Shown here one piece after another: positions 9,036-17,608 of a stretch of DNA of 64,000 nt. Numbering within the stretch: the stretch's first letter is position 1; each line of letters begins with the position of its first letter. Location of the stretch: positions 1 through 64,000 of IMG/VR virus record IMGVR_UViG_2791355118_000001. One strand, written 5' to 3'. The notes below the pieces were generated by a model. The model did no database searches. It was not told the origin of the DNA and worked only from the letters and a program-made list of their open reading frames with translations. This stretch comes from a virus. Its lineage: Duplodnaviria; Caudoviricetes. The position numbers and the translations under genes were made by a program.

Positions 9036-9308
9036 GAAACCAATTTGGCAACACAATGGGCGCGACAAAGCTGTCGCGGGGTGCAGTGCTGCTTAGATCG
9101 GGAGAACCCGGCCGAGCTGGTGCGGGCGAATGGTGCGGGGGGTCACACCAGCCCGGCCGGGAGCGCGCAGATACTCAACACATGACCGCGAGGCGTGATG
9201 GGAAAATACAACCAGGGGCAACTGGGCCATCGTCTAGCGATCCTTCTGCGTGATCAGGATCGTAACCGGTTTGGTACGCTTTGCAAGGGGTGTTTCCGAA
9301 ATGGTTAC
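9036..9308. promoter_or_regulatory. Leftward early promoter/operator region (three 17-bp operator-like sites) with hairpin-rich leader
   Basis: GAAACCAATTTGGCAAC 9036-9052, GTAACCGGTTTGGTACG 9262-9278, GTTTCCGAAATGGTTAC 9292-9308. Confidence 0.65.
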
Positions 9309-9330
9309 ATTCGGGGCAAAAAAAAGCAGA

Positions 9331-9936
9331 TCAGAGTGTGGAAATCCTGAGCCGAGCGCGGCCAATGACCTTCAAGTCCGCCGGCTGCACGGTTTCGTTG
9401 GTCGCCGCGGGGTTGTCGCTGTGCACCTGAACGGCGCCTGTCGTCGTGGGCGAAAGGTAGCGCCATTGCACCGCGCCGGCGATCTCCAAGGCGAAGAGGC
9501 CCGGTCGATTGGGGATGTTGTCGTCCAAATCGATCACAAGCGCATCCCCTTTGGCAACAATGCCATTGGCCTGGTAGGCGTCGACCATCATGAACCGAAG
9601 GTTGTGGCCCTCCGAGTTCGGCAGCATCCGCGTCAAAAACTCTGGATCGATCACCAGTCCTGGCGCTGCCGGGCGGCTCTTCCCGGCGGAGATCTCGAAT
9701 ACGTGGCTGAATTTGCTTACGTCCACCTCCGCAAGCTCTGGAAACATAAGTTCTTCCGGCCTCACGTTCAGGTGCGGCGCGATTCGCTCTGCCCACTTCA
9801 AGGTGAGCTTCCGTCCGTTGGGGCCGTCCTCTTCTTCCAAACGGCCCATCTGCGGCCTTGTGGTGCCAACGCGACGCGCCAGCTCGGCCTTGCTGATCCC
9901 AGCCTTTTCCCGGAAGTGCTTAATTCCATTCGCCAT
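9331..9936 (-). CDS. cI: CI-like repressor (XRE HTH + S24-like C-terminal domain)
   Basis: IKHFREKAGISKAELARRVGTTRPQMGRLE HTH; KGDALVID...VHSDNP...VIGR; divergent from the cro-like gene. Confidence 0.85.
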   Translation of the reverse strand: MANGIKHFREKAGISKAELARRVGTTRPQMGRLEEEDGPNGRKLTLKWAERIAPHLNVRPEELMFPELAEVDVSKFSHVFEISAGKSRPAAPGLVIDPEFLTRMLPNSEGHNLRFMMVDAYQANGIVAKGDALVIDLDDNIPNRPGLFALEIAGAVQWRYLSPTTTGAVQVHSDNPAATNETVQPADLKVIGRARLRISTL

Positions 9937-9972
9937 ATCAATGCGGTAGCTCAAAACGAATTCGTGCGAAAC

Positions 9973-10018
9973 TGTGCCAGTTTGGTTACAAACCTTGACG
10001 TGTAACCAAATTGGTGAC
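9973..10018. promoter_or_regulatory. cI/cro divergent switch: two operators flanking a TTGACG -35 box
   Basis: TGTGCCAGTTTGGTTAC 9973-9989, TTGACG 9995-10000, GTAACCAAATTGGTGAC 10002-10018. Confidence 0.75.
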
Positions 10019-10029
10019 AAAACCCGGCC

Positions 10030-10266
10030 ATGGAAAACCTGCATCAACTGACGAAATGGCGTTTGGACCGCAATCTGAGCGCTGCCGACGTGGGCCGGAT
10101 GATCGATTGTACGCGGCTGACAGTCGATCGGTACGAGGCCGGCCGGATGCCCAGGCAACCATATCTCGACCGCACCGTCGTTATGTCCGACGGTGAGGTG
10201 AACGCAAACCACTGGTTGGGCAAGGAGGCGGCAGATGTCGTTGCACGGCGCCGGGCTCCGGCTTGA
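10030..10266 (+). CDS. cro: Cro-like HTH regulator
   Basis: LTKWRLDRNLSAADVGRMIDCTRLTVDRYEAG.RMP...SDGEV.ANHW. Confidence 0.8.
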   Translation: MENLHQLTKWRLDRNLSAADVGRMIDCTRLTVDRYEAGRMPRQPYLDRTVVMSDGEVNANHWLGKEAADVVARRRAPA

Positions 10267-10495
10267 CCCGAGATACGATCAACACGGTTCCTCGTTCCGT
10301 CCGAAATTGGTCGGCGCGTTCAACAACTTCCCAGGCCGCAACTCCAAGCGGTTTCCAGCAATCAACGTCATGGGCCATCGGCTTTCCCCTTGCGGTTGTA
10401 GCGATGATGGCGGGGAAATTGTTGGATGTGTCCGACAAGGCATCCGAGAATCCCGATGGGTCGTCGTTCCTTCTCCTGTTTTTTGTGAGGAATCG

Positions 10496-10786
10496 ATGCA
10501 GGACATCGCTGCAGAGCTACAACAGGTGGTGTTCAAAGCCGCCGGAACCATCAAACCAGGCATGGGCATCAAAGCCCAAATCAACGCCGCTTGTGACGCG
10601 CTGGGCTACCCGCGCGGCCACTGGCGGGTGAGAGAGGCTTGGTATGGCACCGCTTCCAACTGGAACGGCAAAGCTATCTTCGACCTTCTCGGCCGTTACA
10701 ACCGCTTGTGCCAAAAGACCGGCTCGGATGTTGGGCCAGTTAACGATCCTGTAGCCGTCATCGCGAAAGCTTCGAATTCAGGCTGA
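10496..10786 (+). CDS. Putative CII-position regulator / hypothetical protein
   Basis: MQDIAAELQQ... with GAGG RBS; positioned after cro. Confidence 0.55.
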   Translation: MQDIAAELQQVVFKAAGTIKPGMGIKAQINAACDALGYPRGHWRVREAWYGTASNWNGKAIFDLLGRYNRLCQKTGSDVGPVNDPVAVIAKASNSG

Positions 10787-10842
10787 TTGTGACGGAGGTG
10801 TGATTTCCTCCGTCCATTAGTTGAGCCGTATGTCCGCACGTA

Positions 10843-11091
10843 ATGTTTCAGACTGAAACATTCCGAGGAGGTTTAATAAAAATGAAGCAGACAGAGGGCG
10901 GGCAGGTGGTAAACGGCGAAGTAAAGAAAGTGATGGCTGAGTTTTGCCAAACAGCAAGAAACATCGGATCAGCTGCGGCCGAGCGAGCTGCTACGGTGCA
11001 TCTTGTGGCAGCGGCAGCATATCTGGGGGAAACCGCCGGCCCGAGCATGACTAAACAAATCCTGTCGGCTGTATTGGCCTCGATCGGATAG
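10843..11091 (+). CDS. Hypothetical protein (lower GC)
   Basis: GGAGG upstream of the internal ATG at 10882. Confidence 0.45.
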   Translation: MFQTETFRGGLIKMKQTEGGQVVNGEVKKVMAEFCQTARNIGSAAAERAATVHLVAAAAYLGETAGPSMTKQILSAVLASIG

Positions 11092-11168
11092 GCAATGAAC
11101 TACCAGATTGAACGGCAATACCATTTGTAGCTTGTAGGATTGCCGCTCCTCGCAGTTGAGAGAGCGAC

Positions 11169-11471
11169 ATGACGATAATTCGTAAGCATGGCCCGAGACC
11201 GGTCTGCGAGGATCCGGGCTTCGTGTATGTGATGACGGCTGAGCTCGGCGGGGTCAAGATCGGGATGTCGACCGATCCCACCCGCCGCTGCAAGGCCGTC
11301 AATCGCAACAAGGCCATCAAAGCGGTGGTGGTGTTCCAGCGGCACTTCGCAGACCATCAGGACGCTGAGCGGCTCACCCACATTGCCCTGGCCAAATGGC
11401 GCCTGTCTGGCGAGTGGTATAGTTGCCCGGTCGAAACCGCGGTCGCGGCAGTTGAGGCACTGCCAGCATGA
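11169..11471 (+). CDS. GIY-YIG-like (T5orf172/MUG113) domain protein
   Basis: GFVYVM...VKIGMS.DP.RR...AE...H..L...RL.GEWY. Confidence 0.8.
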   Translation: MTIIRKHGPRPVCEDPGFVYVMTAELGGVKIGMSTDPTRRCKAVNRNKAIKAVVVFQRHFADHQDAERLTHIALAKWRLSGEWYSCPVETAVAAVEALPA

Positions 11472-12370
11472 GCCATGCCGCCACAAATTGGGCCATAACC
11501 CAGCGCGGGCTCAAACCTGCCACGCGCATCGTCCTCTGGCATCTCTGCGACCGCCACAACCCCGACCTTGGCTGCTTCCCGTCCCAAGACAAGCTCGCCT
11601 ATGACTGCGAGATGTCGCGCTCTGCGCTCAATGAGCATCTCAAGATCCTGGAGCTGACCGGCCTAATTCGCCGGGAGCAGCATATCAACCCCCGCACCAA
11701 ACAGCAGGAGAACACGCGCTATCGGTTCGCATTCGAGGCCGATTTCGTCACGGCACAAGATGTGGTGGAGCCGAGTCCGGAATCTGGACACGGCGCCGAG
11801 TCCGGAAAAGAGGGCGAGCCGTGTCCGGAAAATGTCTATAGCCGTGTCCGGAATCCGGACACTAACCCTGTAAGGGAACCAGTAAGAGAACCTCCAGGGC
11901 GCGCTGACGCGCCGGGCGGAGGGGATTTCGATATGCTGTGGTCCTCATGGCCAGAGAAGATGCGACCGGACAGCCGGGAAGCGGCTGCGAAGACGTTCGC
12001 AAGCCTTGAAGCTGACGGCAAGGCGCTGGCGATTGCGACGGCGGAGACCTATCGAACGACCATGATCCTTCGGAAGGAAAAGCCCCTAATGATCCCCTTC
12101 CTGAAAAAGCAGCTCTTCCTCGAGTTCCATGGCGCGCCACCCATCGACAAGGACGGGGATTTCGTGATCACGCCCGAGCGGCCCGAGTGGGGCGCATGGC
12201 TGGGCTCGATCCGCCGCCACTATGGTGAGCCGGGCGTGCAAAGCACGATTAAGTGTCGTCGCATCCTACGCAAAACACGGTGGCCGAGCGATCTTTCGCT
12301 TGCCCAAAGTGTAACCAAAATGGCAACATCTGGAACCGTAACGGATACTGCTTCGGCGGGTCGTGCATGA
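11468..12370 (+). CDS. Phage replication initiator (N-terminal winged HTH)
   Basis: RIVLWHLCDRHN...CFPSQDKLAYDCEMSRSALNEHLKILE..GLI; internal iterons. Confidence 0.85.
   Translation: MSHAATNWAITQRGLKPATRIVLWHLCDRHNPDLGCFPSQDKLAYDCEMSRSALNEHLKILELTGLIRREQHINPRTKQQENTRYRFAFEADFVTAQDVVEPSPESGHGAESGKEGEPCPENVYSRVRNPDTNPVREPVREPPGRADAPGGGDFDMLWSSWPEKMRPDSREAAAKTFASLEADGKALAIATAETYRTTMILRKEKPLMIPFLKKQLFLEFHGAPPIDKDGDFVITPERPEWGAWLGSIRRHYGEPGVQSTIKCRRILRKTRWPSDLSLAQSVTKMATSGTVTDTASAGRA
11770..11853 (+). repeat. Four 13-bp iterons (GCCGWGTCCGGAA), putative replication origin
   Basis: Copies start at 11770, 11795, 11818 and 11841 inside the initiator gene. Confidence 0.8.
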
Positions 12371-13071
12371 TGAAAATGAAGCGCCTTTTCCTCGATACGC
12401 CCGCCGAGCTGGAGAAGCGGATTGACCGCTTCATCGAGCACATGCGGCATGCCGAGGACATCTTCTTCACCAAGAACAAGCGTGGCCTGCCCACACCGCG
12501 CGACCTGCTCTGGATACTGTTTGCCGACGCCGTCGACACGGCCCGAAACATGCCCGACGTCGAACGCCGCATGGTCTCCAAGGTCGGATCGGCCATGCCG
12601 TCGTCGCGAGAGACCGAGCATCAAGCCTATGTGCGCGAGCTGTCGCGCATGGCCGACGGAATGCCACAGTACGACACCACGGAAGTTCGCATCGTGGTTC
12701 ACCAGTCGGCCGCCGACCGTATGGTCGACATCATGGACCTTCTCCGCTTCGTGCGGGCAGGGCGGCAAGGGCAGGATGCGCAGCGCTACAAGCGCACGTT
12801 CTTGGCGCATGCCGGCGGCCACGGTGTCAAGTTCTGCACGCGCGTCTGGGACCGGCACCGCGTCGAGGTCATGTCGCGGCAGGCGCTGCACGACGTCAAG
12901 AGCCGGGTCCTGGGCCAAATCCTAGTCGGCATCGAAAAGGAGTTCGGCCTGGTTCGCACCAGCCGCAGTTTCCGGCGCAAGACCGTTCGGGAGATCGACC
13001 AGCTTCGAAGGGAACGCAAGCGCGAGGAAAAACGTCGCCGGCGCGAGGAGCAGGAAAACAATGCCGGTTGA
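12367..13071 (+). CDS. Hypothetical phage protein (possible regulator)
   Basis: ATGA overlap with the replication gene; operator-like site 12311-12327 upstream. Confidence 0.65.
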   Translation: MMKMKRLFLDTPAELEKRIDRFIEHMRHAEDIFFTKNKRGLPTPRDLLWILFADAVDTARNMPDVERRMVSKVGSAMPSSRETEHQAYVRELSRMADGMPQYDTTEVRIVVHQSAADRMVDIMDLLRFVRAGRQGQDAQRYKRTFLAHAGGHGVKFCTRVWDRHRVEVMSRQALHDVKSRVLGQILVGIEKEFGLVRTSRSFRRKTVREIDQLRRERKREEKRRRREEQENNAG

Positions 13072-13486
13072 CATCGCGATGCCGCGGAACCTGGTCGATC
13101 GGCGCAAGAACGCCGGCCATGCCGCGATCTGCGCCGTCGGCTTTGAGGCTGACCCGGGCGTCTTCCGGCTTGCGACGGCCGAAAACATCGAGGCGCATCT
13201 CCCGCAGCTCCAGCCCGGCCGGTGGGAGAGGCTTCATTTCGCGCACGTCGTCTGGACGCCGGGGCTCGCCGTGGCGCGCACCATCGTGCTGGGTGCCGAG
13301 CGGACTCTCGCCAACTGCCATCTTGGCCAGCACTGGTACCGGGCAAGTCTCGACGTGCTTCACGGCCTGATCCTGGCCGAGGCCGCATCCCTTAGGTCTC
13401 CCGTTTGGTCGCAATCCGAGATGATGCACATGCTCGTAGGTCAAGCCATTCGCGCTGCCGACCGCTTTGCGGCGGGGATCATCTGA
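13061..13486 (+). CDS. Hypothetical phage protein
   Basis: 141-aa coupled ORF. Confidence 0.65.
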   Translation: MPVDIAMPRNLVDRRKNAGHAAICAVGFEADPGVFRLATAENIEAHLPQLQPGRWERLHFAHVVWTPGLAVARTIVLGAERTLANCHLGQHWYRASLDVLHGLILAEAASLRSPVWSQSEMMHMLVGQAIRAADRFAAGII

Positions 13487-13794
13487 TGTTCCCGACAGCC
13501 GACCAGATCGCCCTTGCCATCGTTATGGCCTGCCGGCCGCACCGAGAGGACCCGTTTGCTCTGTGCGCCGGCGAACTCGGCATGCGCTCGCGGCATATCG
13601 CCATGGAAGCGTTGATGATCGGCTTTCCTGATGCACGTCGAGTCGGGCTCGGCAAATGTTTGGCCTACCGCGCTCCGCGCTCGGCGCAGGGCCAGGTGAT
13701 CGGCGCCAAGAAAGGCAAGTGGTGGAGCGACGACTACGTCGACGAGATCGTCGGCGTCATCGTCGCCGAGCAATACGGCGAGCAAGCGCAATGA
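13486..13794 (+). CDS. Hypothetical phage protein
   Basis: MFPTADQIALAI...; TGATG overlap. Confidence 0.65.
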   Translation: MFPTADQIALAIVMACRPHREDPFALCAGELGMRSRHIAMEALMIGFPDARRVGLGKCLAYRAPRSAQGQVIGAKKGKWWSDDYVDEIVGVIVAEQYGEQAQ

Positions 13795-13884
13795 TCGCCC
13801 GCCTCTCCCGTTTCATCCGCCGTCTTCGCGGCCGCGCAATTCCGCGCGTGTCGTGTCGCGGCATCTACCTGAGGATCAACTGAA

Positions 13885-14220
13885 ATGGACATGCCAGCAG
13901 TGCAAACGCCCCTAGTGACTGAGGAGGATATTTCGAGCGCCCTGGAGGAACAGCTGGAGCAGGACGCTCCGCCGTCGGTCCGCTCGATGATCGCCAACAC
14001 AGGCAAAACGCTCAAGCGCTTCGTCGATCAGATGCGGCGCAAGGAAACCGAGCTGGAGGGGGTGAAGGCGGCCGCCACGGCAGAGTTTGAGCGCGTCGTC
14101 GCTCTCGCGAAGATGGTACGCGATAACTGCCACGCTGAAACCGACGCGGATCTCCACCAGATCAGGACGACACTCGAGGTGCTCGATCCGGCCCGGGCCA
14201 AGCTGTCCGAAATGGCGTAA
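13885..14220 (+). CDS. Hypothetical coiled-coil protein
   Basis: 111-aa ORF with GAGG RBS. Confidence 0.6.
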   Translation: MDMPAVQTPLVTEEDISSALEEQLEQDAPPSVRSMIANTGKTLKRFVDQMRRKETELEGVKAAATAEFERVVALAKMVRDNCHAETDADLHQIRTTLEVLDPARAKLSEMA

Positions 14221-14223
14221 CCC

Positions 14224-15363
14224 ATGGAGGCGGTTGTCCCCTTGGACGATTCCGGACTCGCTCATGTCATCGAGCGAGCTCGGATGCTGTTCGACGACGG
14301 CGACGTCGCATCGGCGCGCATGCTGGCCGCTGGCGCCTATGACCAGGCGAAGGCGGCAGGGAGCTACGCCACCCGCTTCCATGCCGGCGAGCATCTGATC
14401 CGAAAGGCGCGCCGGCTCCAGGGTGACGCGCTGCTGATCGAAACGCGCGCGAAGATCACGATTGCCACCGAATGGACTGCCGCCCAGGAAAGAGGGGAAG
14501 CTTCGAAGGGCGGCAGACCGAAAACCGTTCCAGAGGGGAACGGTTTCACCGCAGCTGAAGCCGGGCTCACCCGCAAGGAAATCCACGACGCGCGCAAGCT
14601 GGCCGATGCCGAGCGGCGGGATCCTGGGATCGTGGAGCGCGCGATCGCCGGCCGCGTGGCCGCCGGGCTCGAGCCGAGCCGGGCCAACTTGCGCGTGGCG
14701 ATCGGCACGGACACCGCCACGGCCGCCGAGCGCGGCAACAATCTCTACGAGACATGCCCGGAGGCGATGCATGCGCTGCTCGCGCTCGAGTCGTTCTCGC
14801 CTACGGTGAAGGCCTGCGGCCGCGGCGCCATCGTGAAGATGCTCGAGGCGGCCGGCTACGAGGTCGAGATTTCCGACCTGGTGGACTATGGAACCGTGAC
14901 CGCGTTGGGCGTTTTGCAGCGCGTCGAGGATTTCCTGACGAGCACGCCCGAAGTTCTCGCGAGCGAGCTGGGCGGCGGTGGCTGGTATACTTTCGGACCC
15001 GACATCGCGACAAATCCGCCCTATGGCCCTGCGCTCAACGCCTTCGTCGCGCATGCGCTGCGCGATCGTCCGCGCAAGATGGCGCTGCTGCTCAACCTGA
15101 ATTTCTTCTGCGGCTTCGATGATGCCGACCGCAATTACGCAATGGACGAATGCAAGCCGGCCCGGGTCTACGCTTTCACGCGGCGCCTTCCGATGATGCA
15201 TCGCGACGGCTGGGACGGCAACGAGTCCAGCAGCCGCATGAACCTGGCATGGTTCGTCTGGGAGATGGACCAGAATGGCAGTTACGCCGGGCCGACCATC
15301 ACAATCCGCGTCGACTGGAAAGACTATCTGCTCGCATCCAATCGTCAGGAGAGCATGCTTTGA
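14224..15363 (+). CDS. Phage DNA adenine methyltransferase-like protein with N-terminal helical/HTH extension
   Basis: YETCPEA, ACGRGAI (motif I), DIATNPPY (motif IV), AWFVW. Confidence 0.8.
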   Translation: MEAVVPLDDSGLAHVIERARMLFDDGDVASARMLAAGAYDQAKAAGSYATRFHAGEHLIRKARRLQGDALLIETRAKITIATEWTAAQERGEASKGGRPKTVPEGNGFTAAEAGLTRKEIHDARKLADAERRDPGIVERAIAGRVAAGLEPSRANLRVAIGTDTATAAERGNNLYETCPEAMHALLALESFSPTVKACGRGAIVKMLEAAGYEVEISDLVDYGTVTALGVLQRVEDFLTSTPEVLASELGGGGWYTFGPDIATNPPYGPALNAFVAHALRDRPRKMALLLNLNFFCGFDDADRNYAMDECKPARVYAFTRRLPMMHRDGWDGNESSSRMNLAWFVWEMDQNGSYAGPTITIRVDWKDYLLASNRQESML

Positions 15364-15641
15364 ACCATTTCGCGGGCTTCACCGTTCCGGTCGCTGGCGG
15401 GCACCACGCGATGCTGCGCTTTGCCGAGGATGGCAAGGCCGAGCCGGTACTCGGCGACAAGGGCCATCCGAAGGTGTTTGAGACCGAACTGGAGGCGCAG
15501 AAGGCGGTCACGGATCACCTGTTGCGCTACTTCAATGGGCATTTAAGGCGGGACGGCGAAACCATCTCCACGGCCCGCGACGCGGCCGAGCGCATCTTCC
15601 GCAAGGGCCGAATGATACCGGTGGAAAGGCGTGTGCCATGA
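15360..15641 (+). CDS. Hypothetical phage protein
   Basis: TTG start overlapping the MTase stop. Confidence 0.55.
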   Translation: MNHFAGFTVPVAGGHHAMLRFAEDGKAEPVLGDKGHPKVFETELEAQKAVTDHLLRYFNGHLRRDGETISTARDAAERIFRKGRMIPVERRVP

Positions 15642-15901
15642 CCATCACGCCGACACTGAAAGGCTTCCGCGAAGGTTGGGCGCGCAAAGCCTTCGAAGGG
15701 AGCAAAGCCCACTTCTTCCGGCGCGAGGGCGCAGGGCTCGCGACCTCACTCTGCGGGAGCCAGGATGCGCCGGCGGGATTCCTGTTCGATGCAGGATGCA
15801 ACGAGCGCTGCGCCCGGTGCGCAAAATTGAGGGAAAGCGAGATCGCGAATGAGGCGGCAGCGGCCACAGAGGACGGTCAGGACGCGTGCGGCAAGGTGTA
15901 G
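15638..15901 (+). CDS. Small putative Zn-binding protein (H...C...CxxC)
   Basis: KAHFF...SLCG...CARC. Confidence 0.55.
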   Translation: MTITPTLKGFREGWARKAFEGSKAHFFRREGAGLATSLCGSQDAPAGFLFDAGCNERCARCAKLRESEIANEAAAATEDGQDACGKV

Positions 15902-15947
15902 AATTGCCGGGGGCGACTTCCCCCGACGGTGATCTGAGGATCACAGG

Positions 15948-17255
15948 TTATTTGAGCAATCTTTGCAGGTTTTCTTTAGCTTTTGCGACGCCAAGTGCGG
16001 CCGACCTTCTGTACAGTTCGAGTGCTTTCGAACGGTCCGCTTCTACCCCCAAACCTTTCTCGTAGAGATTACCCAAGTCGTTAAGCGCGACTGCATTGCC
16101 CAAGTCGGCGCTTTTCTTCAGCCAGGCAAAGGCCTCCGGGAAATTGACAGCAGTGCCACGACCCGTCGCATACATGAGTCCCAAATTGTGCTGGGCTCCA
16201 GCATGATTTTGCTCGGCCGCCTTTCTAAACCAAAAAAAGGCCTCGGTGTCGCTCTGTGGGACGCCCTTTCCGTTCAGGTAGCTGACCCCGAGATTCTGTT
16301 GCCCTTGGGCCTCTCCCTTTTCCGCCGCGACTTCAAACAACCTAACGGCACGCTGATAATCCTGGACGACGCCGCGACCGGAGGCGTAGAGGGCGCCAAG
16401 ATTGGTATTGGCCGCAGGTAGTCCTTGCGCTGCCGCCTTTGCGAACCAAATGGCGGCCTGTGCGGCATCGGGTGCGACGCCTTTACCGCTGTCATAAAGT
16501 CCGCCTAGATTGTTTTCCCCGATGGGGTTGCCTACCGCGGCGGCAGCCCGATACCAGCGCATGGCAGCGACGAAGTCCTGTGGGACACCCCGGGCATACT
16601 CATACAAATAGCCAATTGCCGCCAGCGCCGTGGGATCGTTCTGGGCTGCCGCTTTCTGATACAACATCATCGCTTGCGCATAATCTCTCTCAATGCCTTC
16701 GCCGCTCTCATAGACTGCGCCGAGCTGAAATTGGGCAGGGGCAAACCCTTGGCCCGCCGCCTGGCGGAGGAGTTCGACGGCCCGGACCGGATCCTTTGGT
16801 CCTACTTGGCCATTCCGATACATTGTGGCCAGGCTCAATTCCGATTGAGCAAATCCCTTGGCCGCCGACTTGGTATACCATGCAAAGGCGAGAGCGCTGT
16901 TTTGAGCCACGCCGATGCCGCCCTTATCATAGAGGTAGCCCAGATTGTGTTCCGCTTGCGCGTCGCCCTTGTCGGCGGCCTGCTCAAGGTATTCCCTTCC
17001 GCGCTCCGCGTCCTGCTTCACGCCGCACCCCATCAGGTACAAAAACCCGAGATTGTTGAGCGCCGACGGCTTGCCTAAGGTAGCGTCATTTTCCCATTCC
17101 TGTCGCTTCGCGGCGAGATCACCGACTGCTGCACACGTCTCTTGCTCTGTTATAATGAAATCGCCTGCAAGCGCGTGGGAAAAGGAAGTTGCAATTGATA
17201 TTCCGGCGCAGGTTGCAGCCAGTATTATTACTTTGTGCCTTTCCGGATTAGTCAT
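15948..17255 (-). CDS. Sel1-like repeat protein with signal peptide (moron)
   Basis: About ten A..NLG.LY..G.GV..D...A..W...AA..G repeats; lower GC. Confidence 0.92.
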   Translation of the reverse strand: MTNPERHKVIILAATCAGISIATSFSHALAGDFIITEQETCAAVGDLAAKRQEWENDATLGKPSALNNLGFLYLMGCGVKQDAERGREYLEQAADKGDAQAEHNLGYLYDKGGIGVAQNSALAFAWYTKSAAKGFAQSELSLATMYRNGQVGPKDPVRAVELLRQAAGQGFAPAQFQLGAVYESGEGIERDYAQAMMLYQKAAAQNDPTALAAIGYLYEYARGVPQDFVAAMRWYRAAAAVGNPIGENNLGGLYDSGKGVAPDAAQAAIWFAKAAAQGLPAANTNLGALYASGRGVVQDYQRAVRLFEVAAEKGEAQGQQNLGVSYLNGKGVPQSDTEAFFWFRKAAEQNHAGAQHNLGLMYATGRGTAVNFPEAFAWLKKSADLGNAVALNDLGNLYEKGLGVEADRSKALELYRRSAALGVAKAKENLQRLLK

Positions 17256-17608
17256 TTCAGGCCGTCCATATTGGCTGATCGCCTCTCTGCGGAATGTCAA
17301 GGCCAGTTCAAAAACGATGCTCGGTGAATGAGCGCAAGACACAAGTATTTGACCGGTCGCCATCGCTCAGCGCGCAGGTCGGTTCCCGCCGTTACGGATG
17401 CAACGAGCGCTGCACTCGGTGCGCAAATCAGGGATGCCAAGATCGCGAATAAGGCGCCAGCGGCCACAGGGCTAGCCAGGACGCGCGCGGCGGGGTTGGG
17501 GAGTAGGGTCGCTTCCACGGGCCGCTACGCAAAAAACGGCCGCCGCGAGGACCAGTCGCGACGGCCTCCCTACCAAGTCGGCCGAGGGGGAAGCGGCCGA
17601 CCCGGATT

